A stretch of 64,000 nt of DNA from the NCBI RefSeq assembly GCF_009914755.1, contig NC_060937.1; one strand, given 5' to 3'. Source of the stretch: the human T2T-CHM13v2.0 reference genome, Homo sapiens. Shown in pieces: positions 42,430 through 54,445 of the stretch; the stretch's first letter is position 1, and each line of letters begins with the position of its first letter. Under the pieces are notes generated by a model. It was not told the origin of the DNA. It searched no databases and saw nothing but the letters and a program-made list of their open reading frames with translations. Both the position numbers and the translations under genes were made by a program.

Positions 42430-45107
42430 AATTAACACATAATTGTTACAGTATTATTCTGAATCTGACTGAGTACTTACTGTTACATTTTATACATTTT
42501 AATTTTTTAAAATCAATAGAATTCTTTTATTTCAGCTTGAAGAACTATCTTCATCATTTCTTGTAACACAGGTCTAATGATGATAAACTAAACTCTGTTA
42601 GATTTTGTTTTTCTATAAAAATCTTTACCTTTGCTTTATTTCTAAAAAAAAAAATTGTTGGATAAAGTATTCTTAGTTCAGAGGTTTCCTTCAGCATTTT
42701 GAATATATCATCCCACTCTCTCCTAGCCTATAGGATTTCTGCTGAGAATTCTGCTGATACTCATGTTGGGACCTTCTTGTATATGATATGTTTCTTATCT
42801 CTTGCTGCATTCAGAATTTTTCATTTGTCCTAGATTTTTAATAGTTTGATTATTATGTCTTGGTGTACTTCTCTTTTGGGTGGATTTTATTGGAGATCAC
42901 TGTGCTTCCTATAACTTAATGTTGGCACCTACTCACAGATTAAAGAAGTATTTGGCCATTATTCCTTCACATGTGCTTTCTGGCCCTTTTCCTCTTTGTT
43001 CTCATTCTACAAATTCTATTATGCAAAAGTTTAGTCTCTTGATTGTGTCCCATAATTCCCATAGGCTGTCTTCATTCTTTTTCTTTATTTTGTCTTTTTT
43101 CTCCAGTGACTGGATGTTCTGTCCAGCTCACTGTTTCTTCTGACTGATCAACCCAGTCTTCTCTTGAAGTTTTCTGTTGAAATTTTTAGTTCAGTCATTG
43201 TTTTTTGTCTCTAGAATTCCTACTTTGCTCTTTTTATTGTTTCTATTTTTTGTTGGTTTTCTATCTTTTATTTTATTGTTTGCCAAATTTTATTAAATTT
43301 TATATCTGCATATTCTTGTCATTCACTGAACTACGTTATGAGTATTATTCTGATTCTTTTCAGTTATTTCACAAATCTTCATTTCTTTGGGGTTCATGAT
43401 TGGAGTCTATTTATTTTTTATTGAAGTGTCATGATTCCCTGATTCTTTGTAATCCTTGTGTTTTTATGTTGTTGTCTGCACATTTTAGGAGATAGCTTTG
43501 TTTTTTGGCCTTTACAGGAGTTCTTTGGCAGGAACAAAGCATCACTATTTTGTTATTTTCATTTTTGAGACAGAGTCTTGCTATGACATTCAGGCTGAAG
43601 TACACTGTCAACCATATCTCATTGCAGCCTCAAACTTCTGGGACTCAAGCAATCTACTCTCCTAAGCCTCCTGAATAGGTGGGACTACAAGTGCACATCA
43701 CCGTGTCTGGCTAATTTTTTTTATTTTTCTTTTTTGTAGAGACAGAGTCTTATCTTATTGCCCAGGCTTGTCTTAAACTCCTGGCTTCAAGCAATTCTCC
43801 CACCTCTGCCTCCAAAAGGGCAAGGATTATAAGCATGATCCACCACACCCAGTCCAGAGCTTCACATATTTAGTCTAGCCTGTGATTCTGGAAGGGCTAG
43901 ATAGTGAAAACCCCAGGCAGGTAGAAATTGCTGTGAGTTCTCTAGTTGGCTGATCCACTGCCTTTGCTCTGATGTCAGAATGGGCTATTGATTGGTTTTA
44001 CTGACCAACGAGACCACTGTCTGGGCTTTTCTGTCAGATGAAACTACTGGCTAGATAATACAATGGCTTCTGGTCAATTCAGTCATAAGATGTATTCCTG
44101 GCTGGAAAATTCTGCTATTTGGAATCTACAGTTAGACAAGACTGCATGTTAGACTCTGAAGTTAGGCAGGGTCACCACCCTGGACAGGTAAGACCTGAGG
44201 CTGAAATACACTACTTACATAAAGCTGAAGATTTTTCTCCCTATCTGGGTAGAGCCATGAAGTGGGCTTCTAACTGAGTTTAGTGTCTTATTGACTTTCC
44301 GGATAAAGTAAGACTAGCCCTTGCTGTGTTTCTCCAAAATATAGAAAGGTGGAAATATTCCTTCCTGGTTGGAGTCATTGTGTGGGCTTTTTGGCTGTGT
44401 GGAGCTGCTACTTGTTTTCCCTGGTCAGGCCCAATCTACCTCTTCTCTTCTCACAAATAGGTGAAGCTGTGTTTCCCTGACTAGGCAGGGTTGTTGATGT
44501 GGGTTCTAAGGCTGAGCCCAGAGACTAGTAGTCTAGGGGCTCAAGTTAAATTGTACTTCCCACTGTGCTTCTGAAGGGAACCAGCTTATTAACTTTGTGG
44601 TTGTGCTATGAGGTTTGCTGATATCCCTGATCGAGCAGCACAGCTGTCAGGAAAACAGAGGTACCACCAAGATCTGTGCATCAGTAATTTTCTTTGTTTC
44701 TGCCTGACCCTAGGGCAGTCAAGCCATGCCATTTCTCCTAGTATTCCCCATGAGGTGAAACCAGAGTTGACTTCCTGAGTAGCATCTTAGAACGTTAGGG
44801 AAACTGAATGACTACCTCTTATTCTCTTTTTTCCTGGTAGAAACTGTGAGTGCAGGGAAACCATCTCCATCTGCTGTGCCAACTTGGGGAAGGGGAAGGG
44901 GGAAGCCCAGGTGGAGTGAGACCATTCTTCTTACCCTTCTGATTCAGATTTCATTCAATTCTACATCCCTTGCTGGTATCTCAGGCTGGTTTCCAGGTGT
45001 AGGGGTTTTCAAAGGATGTTCCAGTTTGTGGATATTTGCCAGTTAAACTTTCTGTGGGCCAAGTAGAGCCTGAGATTTCCTGTTTGGCTATCTTTCTGCC
45101 ATCACTA
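42430..45107 (-). mobile_element. L1M 5'UTR plus ORF1 region, interrupted by an AluJ
   Basis: Antisense of 42690-42760 reads as ORF1p (FSAEIL.ARREWDDIFKMLKE); the right end reads on the minus strand agtgatggcagaaagatagccaaa, similar to L1M 5' starts (gatgtcagcaagatggcgga). Confidence 0.75.
43549..43854 (-). mobile_element. AluJ nested in the L1M
   Basis: Diverged antisense dimer (gcagcctcaaacttctgggactcaagcaatc); degraded TSD caaagcatcactattt / cagagcttcacatattt. Confidence 0.9.
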
Positions 45108-45406
45108 CTAAGATCTACTTTTTGATAGTTTGATAGAACACAGACTGCCGAACTGTGTTCATCTTCTAAATTTTCATTTTAAATTATTTTATTGATGTTA
45201 AACTAAGAAACAATACTGAATTATAATGCATGGCCACTCTTCAAAATGTAACAATGACTTTGTTAGTTTTTGCAATCGTTGAAGTGATAAAGGATTTTTT
45301 TAATAGAATGTTAGTTATGTAGAAGAGATAAAGGTTTTATTTATCCTGAAACATCTATCTTTGTATAAGTATTTCATAAGAAGCTCTGTGGGATCACAAG
45401 TAAAAC

Positions 45407-46906
45407 TGAGAGGTGACAGCGTGCAGGCAGTCCTCACAGCCCTCCCTCGCTCTCGGCGCCTCCTCTGCCTGGGCTCCCACTTTGGCGGCACTTGAGGAGC
45501 CCTTCAGCCCACCGCTGCACTGTGGGAGCCCCTTTCTGTGCTGGCCAAGGCCAGAGCCGGCTCCCTCAGCTTGCAGGGAGGTGTGGAGGGAGAGGCGCCA
45601 GCGGGAACCGGGGCTGCACGTGGCGCTTGCGGGCCAGCTGGAGTTCCGGGTAGGCATGGGCGGCCCCGGGAAATGAGGGGCTTAGCACCCGGGCCAGCGG
45701 CTGCGGAGGGTGTACTGGGTCCCCCAGCAGTGCCAGTCCGCCGGCGCTGCACTGGTTTTCTCACCGGGCCTTAGCTGCCCTCCCGCGGGGCAGGGCTTGG
45801 GACCTGCAGCCCGCCATGCCTGAGCCTCCCACACCCTCCATGGGCTTCTGTGCAGCCGGAGCCTCCCCGACGAGCACCACCCCCTGCTCCACGGCGCCCA
45901 GTCCCATCGACGGCTGAGGAGTGCAGGCGCATGGCGCGGGACTGGCAGGCAGCTCCACCTGCAGCCCCAGTGGGGTATCGACTGGGTGAAGCCAGCTGGG
46001 CTCCTGAGTCTGGTGGAGACGTGGAGAACCTTTATGTCTAGCTCAGGGATTGTAAATACACCAATCAGCACCCTGTGTCTAGCTCAGGGTCTGTGAATGC
46101 ACCAATCCACACTCTGTATCTAGCTACTCTGGTGGGGCCTTGGAGAACCTTCATGTCTAGCTCAGGGATTGTAAATACACCAATCAGCACTCTGTATCTA
46201 GCTCAAGGTTTGTAAACACACCAGTCAGCACCCTATGTCTAGCTCAGGGTTTGTGAATGCACCAATCGACACTCTGTGTCTGGCTACTCTGGTGGGGCCT
46301 TGGAGAACCTTTGTGTGGACACTCTGTATCAAGTTAATCTGATGGGGAAGTGGAGAGCCTTTGTGTCTAGCTCAGAGATTGTAAACGCACCAATCAGCGC
46401 CCTGTCAAAACAGACCACTCGGCTCTACCAATCAGCAGGATGTGAGTGGGGCCAGATAAGAGAATAAAAGCAGGCTGCCCAAGCCAGCAGTGGCAACCGG
46501 CTCGGGTCCCAGTCCACACTGTGGAAGGTTTGTTCTTTCACTCTTTGCAATAAATCTTGCTGCTGCTCACTCTTTGGGTCCACACTGCTTTTATGAGCTG
46601 TAACACTCACCGCGAAAGTCTGCAGCTTTACTCCTGAGCCAGCGAGACCACGAGCCCACCGGGAGGAACGAACAACTCCAGACCCGCTGCCTTAAGAGCT
46701 GTAGCAGTCACCGCGAAAGTCTGCAGCTTCACTCCTGAGCCAGCGAGACCGCGAACCCACCAGAAGGAAGAAATTCCGAACATATCCGAACATCAGAAGG
46801 AACAAACTCCAGACGCGCCACCTTAAGAGCTGTAACACTCACCGCGAGGGTCCGCGGCTTCATTCTTGATGTCAGCGAGACCAAGAACCCACCAATTCTG
46901 GACACA
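45407..46906 (+). mobile_element. LTR12C (ERV9) solo LTR, 1500 bp
   Basis: Starts tgagaggtgacagcgtgc, ends ccaattctggacaca; 4-bp TSD aaac (45403-45406, 46907-46910); CpG-rich U3, ~41-bp CCAAT repeats, U5 repeats cactcaccgcga. Confidence 0.97.
46039..46495 (+). promoter_or_regulatory. ERV9/LTR12 enhancer-promoter: NF-Y CCAAT array, GATA site and AATAAAA TATA-like box
   Basis: Intact CCAAT at 46061, 46102, 46180, 46262, 46390 and 46428 (one mutated, CCAGT at 46221); AGATAA 46454-46459; AATAAAA 46463-46469. Matches the known LTR12 promoter layout; activity cannot be shown from sequence. Confidence 0.75.
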
Positions 46907-47842
46907 AAACCTCAAGTAGTCCCTCCACCGAAAGCACATTATAAGGATCATTTTGCCTCAAAGCCCTCCTACAGGCAAGAGGAGCTTACTGTGACTTCCA
47001 AGAAGAAAATGATGTTGTGGCATGAAGCACTTCTCTGATCATATCACTGCTGTACTAAAGGTACGTTCTACATGTACTTTTTGGGAAGAAATTGATGGTT
47101 ATTTCACTAGTGTTTATTTTTGATACAAAGGACCAAGTAAATCTGTGAAGATTAAGGTCTATTTTCTTATAAAGAAAAGAATATCAACTATTCAGACTGA
47201 TGCAAAGTTACTTTCTTAGCATAAATTCTAGGGTTATAGTTAATACCTTGCCTGGAATACTTGGGCCAAAGTCCAGCCATCTTTGTCGGGCTTCTTATTC
47301 TGTAAAGCTAGTTTTCTGCTCCATGTCATTCCACCATATTTTGCTGGTCATTGTGAGAATGAAATTAAAGTAAGCATGAAAAGCATTTTACACAACACGT
47401 AATACTTACTAAATGTTCAATAAATAATTAATTAGAATTTAAATTTTTGTGCAGCTCACTTTTATAAATAAAATCCTAACATTTTTTACTAGTAATTAAG
47501 CAAACGTCTTCACATATCAGGCCTCTGTTAATATCTCAGCTTTTACTCTCATGGCATGAAGTAACTTAAGTACTTACATTGTTATACCATCATTTTGCTA
47601 TTTTTGGAATCACCTTTCTGAACTGTATATGGATAATTGCAATAAAAAACTAGACAACACAGCACAAGGGATCTCAGACCATAAATTTAAAAGAAAAAAT
47701 TGTATATAATTTAACCCAACAGCTGAACATAAATTATCCTAGAACAATAAGGGCAAAAAAAAAAATGGTTAAAGAATAGAAGTAAAATTGTGGGCTAATC
47801 TCCATAACTTTACTAGACAACAAACAGTGCTTTCATAATCTT

Positions 47843-47899
47843 TTTTTTTTTTTTTTAATGTTTTTTTTTTGTTATTATACTCTAAGTTTTAGGGTACAT
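47843..47899 (-). mobile_element. Ultra-short L1HS-type insertion (about 28 bp of L1 3' end plus tail)
   Basis: T-tract, aatg, T10, g, then ttattatactctaagttttagggtacat; perfect 16-bp TSD gtgctttcataatctt at 47827-47842 and 47900-47915; minus strand reads ACTTAGAGTATAATAA. Confidence 0.9.
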
Positions 47900-49244
47900 G
47901 TGCTTTCATAATCTTAATCAAAGATTTTTCTGCTCAACTTATTTTGGATGCTGTTGCTTAAATATGTATGATTTACTTAGGCTAGAAGAAGGAAATATAT
48001 CAATTTGGTGCCTACTAAAGCAATATTTACTTGAATTAGATTTAGCAAAGTATTTCAATGTTATAAGATGGGTAAAATGTTCAGACATAGATTCTTTCTG
48101 GGGGAAAATGTATTTATAATTATTGCTTTTAGAAATTATTAAAATATAGTTAGTTGTGAAGCAGTGTTAGTAAAGCTGGACTGTGCTTCAGATCTGATGC
48201 ATATCTGAAAGACAACGTTTAAGAGCTTTATTTTCTACATTCTTCAAATTGAAATAAAGCATTTTTTCTAATGTATTAAAACACTATAAAAATAATGGTA
48301 ATATTCTTTGAAAAAATTTAGCTCTGTATTTTAATACAACAGACTTGAATTATGAGAATTCATGGAGAAGGGATTTATTATGAGCTGAAATGACTATAAA
48401 ATACTATCATTACTGGGTTAATTCTGACTAGAAATTCTCTCTGAATGTTTATGGCAGTCCTATTTTTGATCAATGAGTTAGAGACTTGAACCAAATTATC
48501 TGTCTTCTGCTTCTCTTTCTTCTCTCTTTGTCTTGGCTTTCTCTGTCTTGCAAATGGAAAACATCATTATGTGTACACACAATATAGTTTGAAGCTTCAA
48601 AGTTTTTATGTGATCAGAAAATCATGCCCATTTCTAGTCATATATGTGTGTAATCAATATTCATAAGAATGTCTATTGCCACACATTTTCTAGTGTGTTG
48701 TATATAATATTGTCCTTATTGATGTAACAGAAATGCCGATTATTCATTAAAGGAAATGTATGACACAGAGAAATTTTAGACTTACATCTCTTATGTTTTT
48801 TACAAGTGAAATGTTTTTCTGACCTTGTAATGAAAAATAATAGGTTACTGAAATATAAATGATGTTCAAATTAATTTTATAAAATAAGCAATTATACAAC
48901 TTCTAATATTATTCTATGATTATTTATCTTACAACACACAATTGTGCCCTAGGTATGGAATGTATTCGGTGTTGAGGAGTTTGGACAGTACAGCAGCAGC
49001 TGCTCTAGGTAAGATAATCAGGGCAGTCCATTCTGAGAAGATTGCATAATATACACACACAGAAATATATAAATAATTTAAAGGCACAGTCTTATTTTTG
49101 TATGACATGCTTGTTTGTCACAGTAGGAATAATTGTCTTCATCATTTCTTGGTCATTTTCTTGCTTAGTAATGTTGATCCTGAAGATCAAGTATATTTTC
49201 AAAAATGCTTAAGCATGGAATAAGAGAACAATGTAAATTGTTCT

Positions 49245-49325
49245 TTCTCTCCCTGTCTTTCTTTCTCTCTTTTCTCTCTCTCTCTCCCTCTCTCTCTCTT
49301 ACACACACACACTCTCACTCTATCT

Positions 49326-49368
<43 letters not shown>
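49245..49368. repeat. Compound (CT)n-(CA)n microsatellite
   Basis: ctctctctct...acacacacac with ~20 perfect CA units at 49327-49368. Confidence 0.95.
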
Positions 49369-49369
<1 letters not shown>

Positions 49370-50268
49370 CAACATTCTGAATGCCACATAAAAAATTTCT
49401 GAGACCTTTCATTTCTATGACTTGATTTATGGACAATAAACTTCAGTCATGTAATAAAATGTAACTTAGTTTATGCATGGAAAATATAACTTAGAAAATC
49501 ACCATCTGTATACTAAAAATAAATTGATGAATACAGATAACAGGGGATACAGTACAATACAGTTACAGAAACATAGTAATCTTATAAGTGGTAAGCAAAT
49601 TGGACTTTGAGTATAGATAACACATATTTGTTATTGTTTTTCAAGTTATTTGTAATTTTATTTTCTCCAAATCTCTATTCTCTGATTAGTCTATTTCCAG
49701 ATGGCATAATTATGTTTCCAAATTTCTAAGATTCTGCCCTTATGGTTTAACTTGTTTTATTTATACCAGAGCAGCTGACTTCAACAGCTGTTTTTTTCCT
49801 GGAATAGATTTTAGTCAATAGTTTGCCATTTCCATCAATTCAGATCATCTGATTTACTATAGTAGAATATTTCTATGGAGTATTTTAGGAGTTTTCCTTG
49901 TACTTGAAATGAAAATTTAACATTAGATTTTCAAGTTGTTTGGCCAGTATCTCCCTGAAACTTTTTAATGGACCAAAATAATACATACTCATTTGGCATT
50001 GATATTACCAATTGAATAATATGGATCACTAATTGCTCTTATGATAGGTAATCATCCATATCTTTGCCACTTTTTATCAAATTCAGATGTCTTATGTTTC
50101 TTACATGTCAATGATAAGTTGTGTTGGAATATTTTCCCATTTATGCTATTTACAGTTTTTAATTTAAAATTTAAATTAAATTGCTTTAAATATCAAAAGA
50201 TTCAATACACTTAAAATTTATTTATAAATACACATTTAAAAAGGAAGTTAAGTTAAAATAATAAAATA

Positions 50269-50434
50269 CAGATTCTCCTCAACTTATGATGGGGTTATGA
50301 CCTGATAAACCCATTCTAAGTCAAAAATATAAGCTGAAAATGCATTTAACACCTTGATAAAACTATCATAAAGTCAGAAAAATTATAAAGTCAGAAACCT
50401 GCAAGCCAAACAATCACAAGTCAAGAATTCTCTG
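50269..50434 (+). mobile_element. MER96-like MITE
   Basis: cagattctcctcaacttatgatggggttatgacctgataaacccat...aagtcagaaa repeats...tctg, preceded by TA. Confidence 0.75.
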
Positions 50435-50671
50435 CAATACAAATTTCACATATTTTTTACATAATTTTTAAAATTGTTTTTTAAATATTTTGATAATGTT
50501 CAACCATAGAGGGAAGCAAGGTTAATTAATGAGTACAGATACTGAATTCAGATGGAAGCTTAATGGTATTCAGAAGGAGATTTATGCTTTACTTGCTTTT
50601 ATAAAACAAAATGAATAATTTCATATTTTACAAAAACAATGTTCAAGAAATGCATGATCCAACAAAAATAA

Positions 50672-51136
<465 letters not shown>

Positions 51137-51354
51137 GAGGCAATGCGTTTTCAATAAAAAATGCACCTGTTTTATTTTTAACCCATTTGGTATGAGTAAA
51201 CAATTAATATTAGATTGTATATTAAAATGTAAAGCCAAGAACAAAGGTGTCAATTTTGAAGCAGAAAGAAATGAAAATTCCACATAATAAATGTCGTGGC
51301 TTACTATAAAATTATATATTGTAACACTGGTGAAAACTGTCCAATAACACAAAT

Positions 51355-51740
51355 GCAGAGACTGAGGCCTGTATTTTCTTGTTGGCTCTAGTTATCAGTC
51401 TAGAGACACTCTTAGCTTCTAGAAGACTTTCTCTAGCCCTTGAGCATAGCCCCCACATCTCAGAACCAGAAACTGGCATCATGTGGTTCTCATATCACAC
51501 CTCTTGGGGCTGCTTCCACAGTCACATATCTCTCTGACCACAGCCAGGAAAGTTATTCCACTTTAAAGGACCCATGTGATTAGACTGGGCTCACACAGAT
51601 ACTCCAAAATAATCTTCCACTCTCAAGGTTCATAACCTTAATCACATTTGCCAAGCCTTCTCTCCTCTTTTTGGCGTAAGATAACATATTTGCAGGTTTT
51701 GAGGATTAAGACCTGGATTTCCTTAGGGCTCATATTTTTC
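51355..51740 (-). mobile_element. MLT1D/E-like LTR fragment
   Basis: ctctctgaccacagccaggaaag...catgtgattagactgggctcac...aaccttaatcacatttgc...gtaagataacatatttgcaggtt. Confidence 0.75.
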
Positions 51741-52397
51741 ATTCAATCTCATAAACTAACGATGAGATAGGCAAGTTGATAGACTGGATATGTGCAGATC
51801 AGATATAGTATATATAAGAGCAATTTTAGCTTACTGTCTGATACTTTTCAAGACTAGAAAGATATTTATTGAAAAATATTCTGTTGTGCTCATATATGTT
51901 GTCTTGATATTGAGTCCAGTTATTTTTAGTACTTGCTGCAGGGATAAAACAGTAGATACATTGACCTTGACTAGTTTCCATCTATCTAGAGTGTCGAATC
52001 TGTTATATCTGAAGCAGAAACATGTTTTCATTGACATTTTTACACATAATTTGCATCTAGAAAAAATGTAGGGACAGAGCTGCTCTGTCGTCAGATCTGC
52101 TAAAGGAAAACGTCACCCTCCCCAGTCAAAACCAACTATTCATGCATCAACTGCTTTATTTGACACAAGGAAGAAATTTTAGTGAGAGCAGGAAACATTC
52201 CTCTGCTTAAACTGAAAGACAGGGACAATATTATCTGTAGCTATCATTCATTGATTTCTAGATATTCACTGTCAGAATCACAAGTTATCTGTATTACTTG
52301 TGTATCTATTTATCAAGCATAAAACATCACAATAATATTAATCTACAATGCCTAATTTTTAAACTCATATGTGTTTTCCATTGCTCCATTGTCTAAG

Positions 52398-52490
52398 ATA
52401 GTGGTTCTTAAATTTGAGTGTGCTTCAGAAGCACCTGAAGGACATGTCAAAACACAAATTGTTGGGAGACACCTCCAGAGTTTCTAATTT
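52398..52490. mobile_element. MER5A fragment
   Basis: agtggttcttaaatttgagtgtgcttcagaagcacctgaagg...aaaacacaaattgttggg...ccagagtttctaatt. Confidence 0.75.
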
Positions 52491-53614
52491 ATGTGTACAA
52501 TATACAGCCATACACATATGTGCATATGTACACACAGGCATGATACCTGCTTACAAATAAAAGAGTAGAAACATAACAGTAAAAACATATAAAACAGAGC
52601 ATTATTATCTTTCTCCTTCACTAAGAGATCATCAAATTAGCTGAAGATGTTTCTTTCCTTGTAATTTCTTGAAGGTAAAGATCTTTTATAGTGCTTCTTA
52701 GGTTAAAAAATATAATAAAGTCAGAAATAGGTCTCTAATCTAGCCAATGAACAATCACTTGATATCCCTGGTCTCAGATATAAGGAGCAAACCTAGCTCA
52801 ATAATCTCAACTGAAATAGTTATAAGGGTAAAGCCTGGGATCTCTGCAGAACCCAGAAGGGTAAAAGAATGGAGGGGAGGTCCAAGAATAAGAGGATTTA
52901 AGGAATCCACTAAAATGAGGCTGTGTGTAGACTTAAAGGTGACAGGAGGGCAAAGGAAAGAAATGCTTTGCCCACACTCTGGGCTCTAGATTATCAGGAT
53001 CAGCCATGAATAATCATAAGTCTTCCCGCCAATGGCTTGTCTGTGCCTGTGTGCCCAGCCAGATGCCATGGCTATGCTTTTGTGCACTGTCACCCAGAGT
53101 TGTTGAACTGTGATGCAGTAATCAACACCCTCACTTGTAAGCTTGCCATCAAATTGAGCAAAGCACACTACACCATTACATCCAAATTGTTAGTGGAGGG
53201 GTGCCAGGGAGTGAAAGCAGATTCAGCAAACACAGTTATGGTGCCAAGAGTAGGCACTCAGTGAGAAAATGATGCCATGTAGACCACTGGGTAATGTGAG
53301 ATTCAAGACTAAGTGGGCCAATGAGAAAGCAAGGAGCATACTCTAGAGTGTCTGTTCTTCTGGAAGTTTCCACTGAATTTTTCTTCAGAAGTTGTTAAGG
53401 CAAGAGAGGTAGCTAAAGGGCAGCTGGATAGAGTGTGATTGGTTGCAGTTATCATCCTCCTAAGTATATGTTCAACTTAAGAAAAATAGTAGTTTTAAAG
53501 AAAGCTTCCTTGCCCTTTTTACCAATTGCCACTGCCTTACCCTTTCATACAGGTGCCACTGAGAAAAAGGGAGAAAAAGTAGCTATTCCGTGTGCCTGTA
53601 CTCTTCAATATTAT

Positions 53615-54278
53615 TGTGCAGCAAAGGGTTAACTCAGCAGGTCTAGCTTGCCCAAACTGCAGATTCCAAAGGTCTTCAGGACCAGCCCTTGATCGGCTCC
53701 TGGGAGATAACCTCTGAACTCTTAAGAGTCTTTTGGAATACAAAGAGTGCTTTTGTAGATTTGAGACCTTGGAAATGCCAGACAGTTTATGCTAACAATG
53801 TGATTAATGGTAGATGCTTGTTTTCTATTCCTGGAGCTTTGGGTCACACTGTACCAGTTTGAATTCTGGGGGTTCTGGGTCTGAGTAGCTCAGGTGAATC
53901 AAATGAGAGCCACATGCCTATATGATTTACCTTTAAGTCATATAGGTAAAAATACTATAAGTCATATAAATCAAAAACCCTGGGAACCGTGGTTCACGTG
54001 AACTTCTCTGATTGGCACCACTTTACATGTGCTGTCACACATCGTTGCTTGGAGAATTAAGCACTATTTCAGTGCTTCCAGTGAGAGAGGACAACTAGAA
54101 GCTTGTTCCTGGTCTCTCTTGGACCATCTGCTGTTAAGTGTCTTTTATCTTGCTAATTTTAAGCTGTATCCTTTACCTGTAATAAACTACTACCATGAAT
54201 GTGACAGCGTTGCTGATTTCAGTGAGTCGCTCTGGTGAATCTTTGAATCTGACAATGGTCCTGGGCATCCCTGACACA
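53615..54278 (+). mobile_element. MER21C-like ERVL solo LTR
   Basis: tgtgcagcaaagggttaactcagcagg...ctgggagataacctct...gtttatgctaacaatgtga...tgtaataaac...ccctgacaca; TSD attat/attac. Confidence 0.85.
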
Positions 54279-54387
54279 ATTACTCAAAAAGCTAACTGTT
54301 CCTCCATAGTGACAAAAATATGTATCATGAGTGTTTTTGGCAAAACCAATGAGATAACTCAGTGTATTAGGAATACGACAATATACT

Positions 54388-54393
54388 ACACAT

Positions 54394-54442
<49 letters not shown>
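54388..54442. repeat. (CA)n microsatellite
   Basis: ~23 perfect CA units from 54395. Confidence 0.97.

Positions 54443-54445
<3 letters not shown>

Noticed and set aside
46039-46400. ~41-bp repeat units that superficially resemble a CRISPR array
   Set aside because: These are the known tandem enhancer repeats of LTR12/ERV9 U3; there are no unique spacers or cas genes and the context is eukaryotic.
45394-46610. Cluster of overlapping GC-rich ORFs and a CpG-island-like stretch
   Set aside because: Entirely within LTR12C; high GC suppresses stop codons and the peptides are typical LTR12 read-throughs.
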